Source: an uncultured Gemmatimonadota bacterium
GTDB taxonomy: Bacteria > Blakebacterota > Blakebacteria > Blakebacterales > CAYUVJ01
NCBI GenBank assembly: GCA_964519015.1
Contig: CAZFHZ010000004.1
Location: 3,479 to 67,478 of the forward strand
Length of the DNA: 64,000 bases
Direction of reading: 5' to 3'
The translations under genes were made by a program, and so were the position numbers. The notes below the pieces were generated by a model. It made no database searches and had not been told where the DNA came from. It saw only the letters and a list, made by a program, of their open reading frames with translations. The number at the start of each line of letters is the position of its first letter. The first letter of the stretch is position 1. This document shows, piece after piece, positions 7,915 through 16,415 of the stretch.

Positions 7915-9453
7915 TCACTCCTGCTGGTTGAGCAGGGCGGCCAGGGTCGCGGTGAGGGGCTGGTCCCGCTCCCAGTCCCAGAAGGTGCGCCGCTGCAGGT
8001 CGGAGAGCGCCCCCTTGTAGTCGAGGAAGGCACTCAGGTAACTGCGGCGGGCGTCGGCCAGCCGGTTCTGGGTGAGGATCAGGTCCTGGGTGTTGAGGCT
8101 CCCCTCCTCGAAACGCTCGAGTGAGAGCCGGAAGGAACGTTCGGCCGCGTTGACGCTCGGGACCAGCATCTCCAGCCGGCGCTGCGCCTCGGCGACGCGG
8201 TCGACCACATCCCGCACCTCACGCTCGATCGTGATCCGGGTCTCGTCGAGCTGCCGGTCCACCTTGCGGATCTCGGCCATCTTGGCGCTGACCTGAGCCC
8301 GATTGCGCCCCCAGTCCCAGAGCGGGATGTTGAAGTTGACCGCGGCCCCGCGGGTCTGGTCGGGATCGAGGAGGGCGTCGTAGAGCTGGTCCATCTCGTT
8401 CCCCCGCCCCTCCAGCCCCAGGATCAGGCTGACCGTGCCCCGCACCGCCCCCCAGGAGCGGCGCTCCCGCAGGTCCATCTCGTTGTACTCCTGCCAGATC
8501 TGGTTCTGGCGCACCTCGGTGCGCTGGTCGAGGGCACGCTGGATCGCCAGCGCCTCGTCGATCTCCACCGGGATGTAGGTGGTCTCGATCTCCAGCTCGA
8601 TGGGAACGTTCAGTCCCAGCCCGACCTGCTGCTTGAAGCCTGATTTCTCCCGGCCGAGCCGGCCGGTGGCTGAGGAGGAACGATTGCGGCGGTCAGCCAG
8701 GTCGACCTCGAGCTGGAGCAGGTCGATCTCGGTCAGGCTCCCCGCCTGGAAGCGGCGCCGCCCGATGGCATAGGAGCGCTCCAGGCGCGTGACTTCCTCG
8801 CGCGCCAGCAGGTCCTCGTAGGTCCGCTGGTAGAGCATGAAGTAGGCCCGGGTCACATCACCGATCGCATCGATCTGCTCGTTCAGGAATCGGATCTGGG
8901 TTTCCTCCAGGCGCAGCTCGGCCCTTCGGATGTTGAGCTGGATCGCGTTCGGCTGCAGGATCGGCTGCTCGTAACGGATGAAGAACTTGCTGTTGTAGCT
9001 CTTCAGGCCCGGCGTGTAGCTGAAGAGCTGGTCCTGGGTGCGGTTCCACACCCCGTTCAGCGAGACGACCCCGTCCGTGGGCAACGGTTGCCGGATGGAG
9101 AGGTTGGCCGAGTAGCGGGCCCCCTGGGTGCTGAGCAGTTTCGGGTTCCCGGTGTCGGGGTCGGTGATCTCCTTGATCGACTGGTCGTAGTTGGGGAGCG
9201 TCACCGCCAGGCTGGCGTTCGACTTGAGTGCCGCCCGGTTCGCCACCAGGTTGAACTGGTCGCGCTCGAGGTCGAGACGCACCCGCTCCATGCGCCAGGA
9301 TCCGCTCAGGGCGAGCCGCAGCGCCATTTCCAGGTTGAGGGTCGTTACCTGAGAGGAGTCCTCGACCCGCGGCTGGGCGGCGGCTGCGGCCGGCAGCAGA
9401 AGGGTGACCAGCAGGAGGACGCGGACCGGGGGCAGGGAGGTCGTGAGCATCAC
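7915..9453 (-). CDS. TolC-family outer-membrane efflux protein
   Basis: Signal peptide MMLTTSLPPVRVLLLVTLLLPAAAAAQ; two OEP repeats with coiled-coil segments (…LEMALRLALSGSWRMERVRLDLERDQ…, …LQRRTFWDWERDQ…) typical of TolC/OprM family. Confidence 0.8.
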   Translation of the reverse strand: MMLTTSLPPVRVLLLVTLLLPAAAAAQPRVEDSSQVTTLNLEMALRLALSGSWRMERVRLDLERDQFNLVANRAALKSNASLAVTLPNYDQSIKEITDPDTGNPKLLSTQGARYSANLSIRQPLPTDGVVSLNGVWNRTQDQLFSYTPGLKSYNSKFFIRYEQPILQPNAIQLNIRRAELRLEETQIRFLNEQIDAIGDVTRAYFMLYQRTYEDLLAREEVTRLERSYAIGRRRFQAGSLTEIDLLQLEVDLADRRNRSSSATGRLGREKSGFKQQVGLGLNVPIELEIETTYIPVEIDEALAIQRALDQRTEVRQNQIWQEYNEMDLRERRSWGAVRGTVSLILGLEGRGNEMDQLYDALLDPDQTRGAAVNFNIPLWDWGRNRAQVSAKMAEIRKVDRQLDETRITIEREVRDVVDRVAEAQRRLEMLVPSVNAAERSFRLSLERFEEGSLNTQDLILTQNRLADARRSYLSAFLDYKGALSDLQRRTFWDWERDQPLTATLAALLNQQE

Positions 9454-9502
9454 CGGGGACTCCTTGGGAGGAGGTTGCAGGCTCAGGAGGAAGGTAGGCC
9501 GG

Positions 9503-10274
9503 TCAGAAAGCGATCGCCAGCGCGTTGCGGACTGAGAGGTCGGTACGCTTCACCCCGGCCGGCGGCCGGCTGTCATACACCAGACGGGCGTCCAGTCGCA
9601 ACGAGAGTCGGGCCAGCAGCTGGACGGCGATGCCCAGGTCGTGGAGCACCCGGAAGTCGGCCGGTTCCGCCAGGCGCGGCTGCCAGTAGAGCTGGCTGCC
9701 CAGGGTGGCGGTCGGACTCAGGCTCCAGCCCACACTCAGCAGCAGGGAACCGCGCCAGCCCGGTGCCGAGGTGTCGGCACGCAGTTCTTCCTGCTCGTAC
9801 ATGAGGATCAACCCGGTGTCGAGGCGCGGCCCCTCCGCCCGCAGGGTGGTCCGGACCCCGGCCCCCGCGAGCACCCGCCGGCGCAGCCGCACGAAGGCGT
9901 CCCGCTGCAGCTGGTAGAGGGCCTCCAGGGTGAGTCCCGGCGCGAGTCGGTACCCGTAGCGCAGATGCCCCATGGCATGGTCGGCGACCCGGCGCCCCTG
10001 GGCCTTCTCCCAGGCGCCCGCGGCCACCATCTGGACCAGCTGCCGTCCTCCCATCCAGCGCAGCAGCCCGCTGCCGTCCACCGCGGCCGATTCCGCGTTC
10101 CCTTTCTTTAACCCGAATCCGACCTGGAGTGCGCCGGAGAGTCCCGGCTCGGGATCCCCGGCCAGCAGGCGCTCGATGTTGACGATCTGGGCACCGGCCG
10201 GGCGGGAGATCAGGAAGGTGGAGAGCACCAGGAGCGGGAGGAGCCGGTAGCGAGGCCGCGACACCCGCGGGGAC
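9503..10274 (-). CDS. Putative outer-membrane beta-barrel protein (DUF481/OmpV-like)
   Basis: From internal GTG 10274: VSRPRYRLLPLLVLSTFLISRPAGAQ signal peptide, alternating amphipathic beta-strand pattern, C-terminal ...NALAIAF aromatic terminus typical of OMPs. Track ORF N-terminal extension overlaps htpX in another frame and was trimmed. Confidence 0.5.
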
Positions 10275-10275
10275 C

Positions 10276-11214
10276 TCACATCGCCCGCAGGCGGGAGACC
10301 CGTTCGAGCAGTGGCGGGTGGGTGCTGAACAGGTTCTTGGCCCGGTCCTCGAACGGCTTGATGGGATTCACGATATAGAGATGTTGGGTGGCACGGTTGG
10401 CGGCCTCGAGCACTTCCTTGTCCCCCGAGATCTTCTCCAGTGCCCGGGCCAGGCCTTCCGGGTAGCGGGTGAGTTGCACCGCCCCCGCGTCGGCCAGGTA
10501 TTCTCGTTTCCGGCTGATCGAGAGCTGGAGCAACCGGGCAAAGAAGGGGGCCAGCACCGCGGCCAGCACCGCCACGATCAGGATGGCCGCCTGGCCCCCC
10601 CCACTCCCCTGCCCTGTGGAGCGGCTGCGGGTGCGGCCTCCCCCCCAGCGCATACTGCGCAGGAAAGCGTCGGCGAGCAGGGCGGTCAGGCCCACCAGCA
10701 CCCCGATCATGGTCTGGAGCCGGATATCGTAGAAACGGACGTGCGAGAGCTCGTGAGCCATCACCCCCTGCAGCTCGTCCCGGGTCAGTTTCTGCCTCAG
10801 CCCGGTGGTGATGGCCACCACCGCGTGTTCCGGATCGCGTCCGGTGGCGAAAGCGTTGGGAGCGGTGTCCTCGATCACCCAGATCTGCGGGAGGGGAAGA
10901 CCGCCGGCCAGACAGAGTTCCTCGATGACGTTCCACAGTTCGGGATCGTCTGCTTTGTGGATCTGGTGGGCCTGGCTGACCGCGAGCACCATGCTCCCCC
11001 CCGCGAACCAGGCCACCAGGCTCCAGACGATCGCGACCACGCCGAAGATACCGAGGAAACCGATCCCCTCCCCCATCCACGCTTCCCCGATGAGCCAGCC
11101 CAGACCGGTTACCACCGCGATGAAGAGCAGCACGAGCAGGGCGGTATTCCGCTTGTTCGCGTCGATATGGGTGTAGAACCCGCCCAGGGTGCGTTCTCCA
11201 GCCGCATCCATCAC
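10276..11214 (-). CDS. htpX: Zinc metalloprotease HtpX (peptidase M48)
   Basis: TM helices plus HELSHV zinc motif (…LQGVMAHELSHVRFYDIRL…) and C-terminal …NLFSTHPPLLERVSRL. Confidence 0.85.
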   Translation of the reverse strand: MMDAAGERTLGGFYTHIDANKRNTALLVLLFIAVVTGLGWLIGEAWMGEGIGFLGIFGVVAIVWSLVAWFAGGSMVLAVSQAHQIHKADDPELWNVIEELCLAGGLPLPQIWVIEDTAPNAFATGRDPEHAVVAITTGLRQKLTRDELQGVMAHELSHVRFYDIRLQTMIGVLVGLTALLADAFLRSMRWGGGRTRSRSTGQGSGGGQAAILIVAVLAAVLAPFFARLLQLSISRKREYLADAGAVQLTRYPEGLARALEKISGDKEVLEAANRATQHLYIVNPIKPFEDRAKNLFSTHPPLLERVSRLRAM

Positions 11215-11255
11215 GTGATTCTCCGTCTCATCGGGTCGAGGGGCGCCGGTCCGAT

Positions 11256-11810
11256 TCAGCGCAGGTCGACCTTCGGTACCTGCCGGTCGGCCTCCCCGAT
11301 CTCGAAGAACTCCTGCTGGGTGAAGTTGAACATGCCGGCCACGATGTTCGCCGGGAACTGTTCGATCCGGGTGTTGAACACCATGACCATGTCGTTGTAG
11401 TGCTGCCGCGAGAAGGAGATCTTGTTCTCGGTGCCGGTCAGCTCCTCTTGCAGCGCCAGTACGTTCTGGTTGGCCTTCAGGTCGGGATAGTTCTCCACCA
11501 GCGCGAAGAGCTGACGCAGCGCCCCGGTCAGCATGTTCTCGGCGGCCCCTTGGGCGGCCGGTCCCTCGGCCTTCATGGCCGAGTTGCGCGCTTCAATGAC
11601 CCGGGTGAGGGTCTCCTGCTCGTAGGCCATGTAGTCTTTGACCGTCTCCACCAGGTTGGGGATCAGGTCGTACCGGCGCTTGAGCTGGACGTCGATCTGA
11701 GACCAGGCGTTCCGGAACCGGTTGCGCAGGGTCACCAGACCGTTGTAGGTGACGACGACCCAGGCCAGAACGGCGAACCCGAGAACCACCAGGATGAGTA
11801 GGACTTCCAT
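11256..11810 (-). CDS. lemA: LemA family membrane protein
   Basis: Internal ATG 11810: MEVLLILVVLGFAVLAWVVVTYNGLVTLRNRFRNAWSQIDVQLKRRYDLIPNLVETVK... classic LemA; commonly paired with htpX. Confidence 0.8.
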   Translation of the reverse strand: MEVLLILVVLGFAVLAWVVVTYNGLVTLRNRFRNAWSQIDVQLKRRYDLIPNLVETVKDYMAYEQETLTRVIEARNSAMKAEGPAAQGAAENMLTGALRQLFALVENYPDLKANQNVLALQEELTGTENKISFSRQHYNDMVMVFNTRIEQFPANIVAGMFNFTQQEFFEIGEADRQVPKVDLR

Positions 11811-11915
11811 CGATTCCCCTTTCACGCGATGGTGCGCCGGCGCGAACCGCGCCCACGCCATGACGTCCCCATTCTACTTCACGGCCCCCGCGAGTCCATC
11901 GGGAAAGCCACGGAT

Positions 11916-11945
11916 TTGACCCTTCCGTAGCGGGACCTCTATAGT
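11916..11945 (+). promoter_or_regulatory. Near-consensus sigma-70-type promoter (TTGACC-18 bp-TATAGT) for dodecin/HD operon
   Basis: ggatTTGACCcttccgtagcgggacctcTATAGTacg about 70 nt upstream of ATG 12017; GGAG 4-7 nt before ATG. Confidence 0.45.
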
Positions 11946-12016
11946 ACGCGGGCGTCACCTGCGATTATCAGCGCCGGACGGGATGCAGGTCCCCGTCCCC
12001 GAAGAAAGGCGGAGCC

Positions 12017-12220
12017 ATGACCGATCGCACATTCAAGCTCATCGAACTGGTCGGGACCTCCGAGAAATCGTACGAGGAGGCGATCCGGAACGCGGTCGCC
12101 AAGGCGGGATCGAGCCTCTCCGACCTCTCCTGGTTCGAAGTGACCGAGCTGCGCGGAGGGATCCTCAAGGAGGGACTGGAATACCAGGCCAAGGTGAAGA
12201 TCGCCTTCAAGGTCCACTGA
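12017..12220 (+). CDS. Dodecin family flavin-binding protein
   Basis: 67 aa MTDRTFKLIELVGTSEKSYEEAIRNAVAKA...WFEVTELRGGI... matches dodecin fold signature. Confidence 0.75.
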   Translation: MTDRTFKLIELVGTSEKSYEEAIRNAVAKAGSSLSDLSWFEVTELRGGILKEGLEYQAKVKIAFKVH

Positions 12221-12221
12221 G

Positions 12222-12797
12222 ATGGGCTACGACCGCGAAGCCGCCTGGGCACTGCTGACCGGCTGGACGGAGAAGGAGCATCTGCTCAAGCACGCCCTGG
12301 CCGTAGAGGCCGCCATGCGGGCCTACGCCCGGCGGTTCGGCGAGGATGAGGAGCTTTGGGGAGTGACCGGACTACTCCACGACCTCGACTACGAACGGCA
12401 CCCTAACCGGGAGGAACATCCCTGGGTGGGGGTGAAGACTCTCGAGGAGGCGGGCTACCCGGAGGAGATCCGGGAAGCGGTACTGGGGCACGCCCCCTAC
12501 ACAGGGGTGGCGCGCACCTCCCGGCTGGCCAAGACGCTCTATGCGGTGGACGAGTTGACCGGGTTCATCGTGGCGGTGGCCCTCGTCCGCCCCTCCCGCT
12601 CGATCCTGGATGTCAAGGTCTCCTCGGTCACCAAGAAGTTCAAAGACCGCTCGTTCGCCGCACCGGTGAGCCGCGAGGACATCCAGGAAGGGGCCGCCGA
12701 CCTCGGCCTGGAGGTCTCTGAGCACGTCGGGGTGGTGCTCGAGGCGATGCAGGGGATCGCCGCCGAACTCGGTCTGGAGGGCGTGACGGCGGGCTGA
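12222..12797 (+). CDS. HD/HDIG domain phosphohydrolase-like protein
   Basis: …LLKHALAVEAAMRAYARRFGEDEELWGVTGLLHDLDYERH… HD motif; starts 2 nt after dodecin stop. Confidence 0.6.
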   Translation: MGYDREAAWALLTGWTEKEHLLKHALAVEAAMRAYARRFGEDEELWGVTGLLHDLDYERHPNREEHPWVGVKTLEEAGYPEEIREAVLGHAPYTGVARTSRLAKTLYAVDELTGFIVAVALVRPSRSILDVKVSSVTKKFKDRSFAAPVSREDIQEGAADLGLEVSEHVGVVLEAMQGIAAELGLEGVTAG

Positions 12798-12820
12798 ACA
12801 GGGGGGGGACCTCCCCCCGC

Positions 12821-14407
12821 CTATTCCTCCTCGAACGGGAGCGGCCAGACGGGGTGGAAGCGACCACTCGGACCGGCCGGCTCCGGCCGGAGCCGTTCCT
12901 CGCTCCGCTCGACCCATTCCTCCGGGTCCCTTTCATCCAGCCGGCGCAGCGGCCCTCCCCCCACCCCACTCCAACCCATCGTCTCCACCGCCGCCAGGTC
13001 AACCGCCCAGACGGGTATCCCGGCTGCCGCCAGCCGCGAAGCCTCGGCGGCGGCCGCCAGGAGCAACCGAGACCCGGCCTCCCGGTAGGCCCGGGCCGTC
13101 CAGCCCCCCGAAGGACCCGTGGTCCGACCCACCGCCTCGACCGCCCGGTAGACGGCCGGATCGGGTCGGCTCCGTCCCCGCACCCGGTGGTAGAACCGCA
13201 CGCCCTCCGGCCCGGTGAGCCGAGCCAGGAGCGCCCGCACGCGTTCCGTGTCCGCCGGTCCGACCCCGGCCGCCGTCTCCTCGACGGCCGACCGGACGGC
13301 CGGCCCGCCGGCCTGCTCCATGCGCCGGCAGGGACCGACCCCCATGCCGAGGCGGGCGGCCTCGGCATCGAGGGCGTCCGGTCGGGCGCCCTCCAGGACC
13401 AGTAGAAGCGCCTCGCGCCACCAGGCTTCGGCCACCCGCCGGCCGATCCCCTGCCGCTCCAGGCCCTCGGGCCACTCCCGGTGCGCCCGCTGCCTCAGGG
13501 TGAAGAGGCTGAGCAGATCGGCCGCTTCCGGGTGCCCGGCCGCCGCCCGGGCCAGTCGGATCGCCCGCCCGGCGCCCGCCGGCCAGCGGGAGCGGCCGGA
13601 GGGGAGCACCGAGTCGAGCAGGTCGTTGCGGAGTGCCTCTCCCGGGACCCCGGTCGCCAGCCGTTTCCAGAGACGGCGGCGCAGCCCGCGCCGGCCGACC
13701 GCGCTCCCTTCGATCAGCCGGTCGATCCAGGTGCTTCCCTGCGGATAGCGCCGCGGGCAGCGGCGCCGTCGCCGGACGGCGCCGGCCGACGGCCCCGCTG
13801 GGGGCGAAGTGCCGGCCGTTCCGCCGGCCGACGCCACCACCCGGTCGATCAGTCCGAAGCGGAGGGAGCGGGGAGCATTGAGAGGCCTGGTCCCCACGAG
13901 CAGTTCGAGGGCCCGCACCGGCCCCACCACCCGGGCCAGCCAGGCGGCTCCCCCCAGGACCGGCAGGAGACCGAAGGCCAGTTCGGGGTAGCCGAGCAGG
14001 GTTGAGGGATCATCGGTGGCCCAGCGCTCGTCGCAGGCCAGGGCCAGGGTCAGTGAAGCCCCGAGCGCCGGACCGTCGATGAGCGCCAGGGTGGGGGCGG
14101 GGAAGGCCTCCAGGGCGGCCAGCACCGGCCCGGCCGCCTGCTGGAGCGGCTCCAGGTAGGCCGCGTCCAGGCCGTTCGGCCGCCGCAGGCGGACGGGATC
14201 GAGACCGAGTCCGAAACGACCAGGGGGGCCGGTCACCACCAGCAGGGGGGGACGGGCGCGGGCGGCTTCCGTCAGCACGGTCGCGAAGTCTTCGAGGGAC
14301 CCCGGCGTCAGGTAACCCCGGTCGTCCTGGGGCAGCGTCAGGTTGAGGACGCCGGTCGCTGGATTGTCCTTCCTCATACCCCTCTCCCGCCAGGATCGCC
14401 CGAACAC
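12821..14407 (-). CDS. Enoyl-CoA hydratase (crotonase) fused to two 3-hydroxyacyl-CoA dehydrogenase C-terminal-like domains; no recognisable NAD-binding Rossmann motif
   Basis: N-terminal …LALIDGPALGASLTLALACDERWATDDPSTLLGYPELAFGLLPVLGGAAWLARVVG… crotonase fold; C-terminal …DAEAARLGMGVGPCRRMEQAGGPAV… and …VWAVDLAAVETMGWSGVGGGPLRRLDE… 3HCDH_C-like repeats; the intervening region is Arg-rich and degenerate. Confidence 0.5.
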   Translation of the reverse strand: MFGRSWRERGMRKDNPATGVLNLTLPQDDRGYLTPGSLEDFATVLTEAARARPPLLVVTGPPGRFGLGLDPVRLRRPNGLDAAYLEPLQQAAGPVLAALEAFPAPTLALIDGPALGASLTLALACDERWATDDPSTLLGYPELAFGLLPVLGGAAWLARVVGPVRALELLVGTRPLNAPRSLRFGLIDRVVASAGGTAGTSPPAGPSAGAVRRRRRCPRRYPQGSTWIDRLIEGSAVGRRGLRRRLWKRLATGVPGEALRNDLLDSVLPSGRSRWPAGAGRAIRLARAAAGHPEAADLLSLFTLRQRAHREWPEGLERQGIGRRVAEAWWREALLLVLEGARPDALDAEAARLGMGVGPCRRMEQAGGPAVRSAVEETAAGVGPADTERVRALLARLTGPEGVRFYHRVRGRSRPDPAVYRAVEAVGRTTGPSGGWTARAYREAGSRLLLAAAAEASRLAAAGIPVWAVDLAAVETMGWSGVGGGPLRRLDERDPEEWVERSEERLRPEPAGPSGRFHPVWPLPFEEE

Positions 14408-14608
14408 ACTCCCCTATTGATGCATCCCGAACACTAGTGTCCCGAGTCAGAATTTCGCATCATTTCGTTGTGCCGACAGGGTAGCAGATGCCAGGCGCGG
14501 CGACGAATGCGATGCCCCATCCCGGATGGCTTGACAGGCCCGGTCTCCTCTGGTGGTGCCGGGAGTGGCCGTCCCCCACCTCTCCCGTCGAACCCATGGA
14601 GGGAACCG

Positions 14609-15675
14609 ATGTCCGCCCGCCGCTCCCTGCTCCATCTTCCGCCGGTTGTGCTCCTGCTGTCGGTCGCCCTGGCCGGGCCGGTCGGGGCGCAGGAGCGCGG
14701 CGGTGCCCCCGGACCCGCCACCCGGGTGATCGACGCCGGCGGACGGCTGGTCCTCCCCGGTTTCAACGACGCCCATTGCCATTTCGCCAGTGGTTCCGCG
14801 CGACTACGCAGCCTCGACCTCTACGGGGTCGACTCCCTGGCGAAGGTGCTGCAACTGGTCGCCGAACGGTTCGCCCGCGCCGCACCGGGGGAGTGGATCA
14901 CCGGGGCCGGATACGATCACACTCTGTGGGGCGAAGCCTGGTCGACCAGGGGATCCGGACCGGCCAGGGGGACTACTGGGTGCGGACCGGTTTCGCCAAG
15001 GTGTTCATCGACGGCACGCTGGGAGACGGCACCGCCGCGATGTTCGAGCCCTTCACGGACAATCCCGACTCCCGCGGCATCCCCATGATGACCCAGCAGG
15101 AACTGGATGACCTGGTACTGCTGGCCGACCGCAACGGGCTCCAGGTGGGCGTCCACGCGATCGGGGACCAGGGGAGTGACATGGTCCTCAACGCCTACGA
15201 GAAGGCGGCGCTGGTCAACGGGCGGCACGACATGCGCTTCGCGGAGACCCGGGTCGGGATCGACCGGTGCAAGACCGCCTACGCCTGGCGGAGCCTGCTC
15301 GATTCGGGAGCGGTCCTCTCCTTCAGAACCGACTGGTCGGTGGAGCCGCTCGACCCGATGCGCGGGGTCTTCAGTGCGGTCACCCGGACCAACATCCAGC
15401 GGATGGAGCCGAAGACCGGCTGGTTCCCGGAACAGAAGCTCACCGTCTGGGAGGCGATCAACTACTACACCTGGGGGAGCGCCTACGGAGAGCACCTGGA
15501 AGGAGTGAAGGGTACCCTGGCGCCCGGGCGGCTGGCCGACCTGGTGGTGATGGACCGCGACCTCTTCACCATCCCGCCCGAGGAGATCCTGAAGGCGCAG
15601 GTCGACGTCACCATCACCGGCGGCCGGGTGGTCTGGGACCGCGCGAAGGGGGAGTGGAACGGCGGACTCGATTGA
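14609..15675 (+). pseudogene. Amidohydrolase-3 (YtcJ-like metal-dependent hydrolase) remnant: frameshift near 14945 plus two internal deletions
   Basis: Frame 2 (14609-14940): signal peptide MSARRSLLHLPPVVLLLSVALAGPVGAQ, then RVIDAGGRLVLPGFNDAHCHFASG…GEWITGAGYDHTLWGEAW (N-terminal motifs). Frame 1 from about 14950: KVFIDGTLGDGTAAMFEPFTDNPDSRG…HAIGDQGSDMVLNAYEKA…YAWRSLLDSGAVLSFRTDWSVEPLDP… (C-terminal motifs). Total about 355 aa versus about 540 aa for intact homologues. Confidence 0.5.
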
Positions 15676-15743
15676 CACCGGGGAAGGACGGTCCCAGAAT
15701 CGCGGGTCCAGGTACCGTCCGCTGATCCCGCAGGAGGACGCCG

Positions 15744-16370
15744 ATGACCGTCTTCGATCCGGCGCATCGTTCCGAGAGTCTCGCGGCCCGGGCGGCCCTG
15801 CTGCTGTTACGCAACGTCGACGCCGTACAGGAAGGTCTCACCCACGCCGCCCGCCGGGAGGGACTGCCGGTCCTCCAGGCCTCGCTCCTGGTCCGGGTAC
15901 ATCTCGCCGACCCCGAGCATACGACCGTCAGCACACTCTCGGAGATCCTGCGCCTGACCCCGCCGACCGTGAGCGACAGTCTCAAGGCACTCGTCCGTAA
16001 GGGCCTGCTCTCACGCCGGCGCAGCCCGGAGGATGGCCGCCGGGTCTTCTTCCATCCCACCCTGCTGGGGGAAGAGACCGCCCGGAGGCTGGCGGTCTGG
16101 GCCGCACCGGTGGAAGACACCGTCACCCGGATGAGCCGTTCCGAACAGCTCTCCCTGTTGGGTACGCTCGCCCATCTGCTGCACGATCGGGTGCGGGAAG
16201 GTCACCGGGTGGAGGAACCGATGTGCCTCAGCTGCGCCGACTTCGAGGTGCTCTCCTGGGAACGGGGTGAGTTCCGTTGCCGGGCCCGGCAGAGCTGGCT
16301 CCCCCTGGAAGGACTGCGCACCGACTGTCCCGGACACTCCCCCTGGCGAGGCGACGTCCGGCCCAGTTGA
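15744..16370 (+). CDS. MarR-family transcriptional regulator with Cys/His-rich C-terminal extension
   Basis: wHTH …VSTLSEILRLTPPTVSDSLKALVRKGLLSRRRSPEDGRRVFFHPTLLGEE…; extra C-terminal 50 aa …EPMCLSCADFEVLSWERGEFRCRARQ…DCPGHSPW. Confidence 0.65.
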   Translation: MTVFDPAHRSESLAARAALLLLRNVDAVQEGLTHAARREGLPVLQASLLVRVHLADPEHTTVSTLSEILRLTPPTVSDSLKALVRKGLLSRRRSPEDGRRVFFHPTLLGEETARRLAVWAAPVEDTVTRMSRSEQLSLLGTLAHLLHDRVREGHRVEEPMCLSCADFEVLSWERGEFRCRARQSWLPLEGLRTDCPGHSPWRGDVRPS

Positions 16371-16415
16371 CCGGGGATCCGCCGTCTCCACGCATCCGAA
16401 CGGCCCCGGTCCCGC

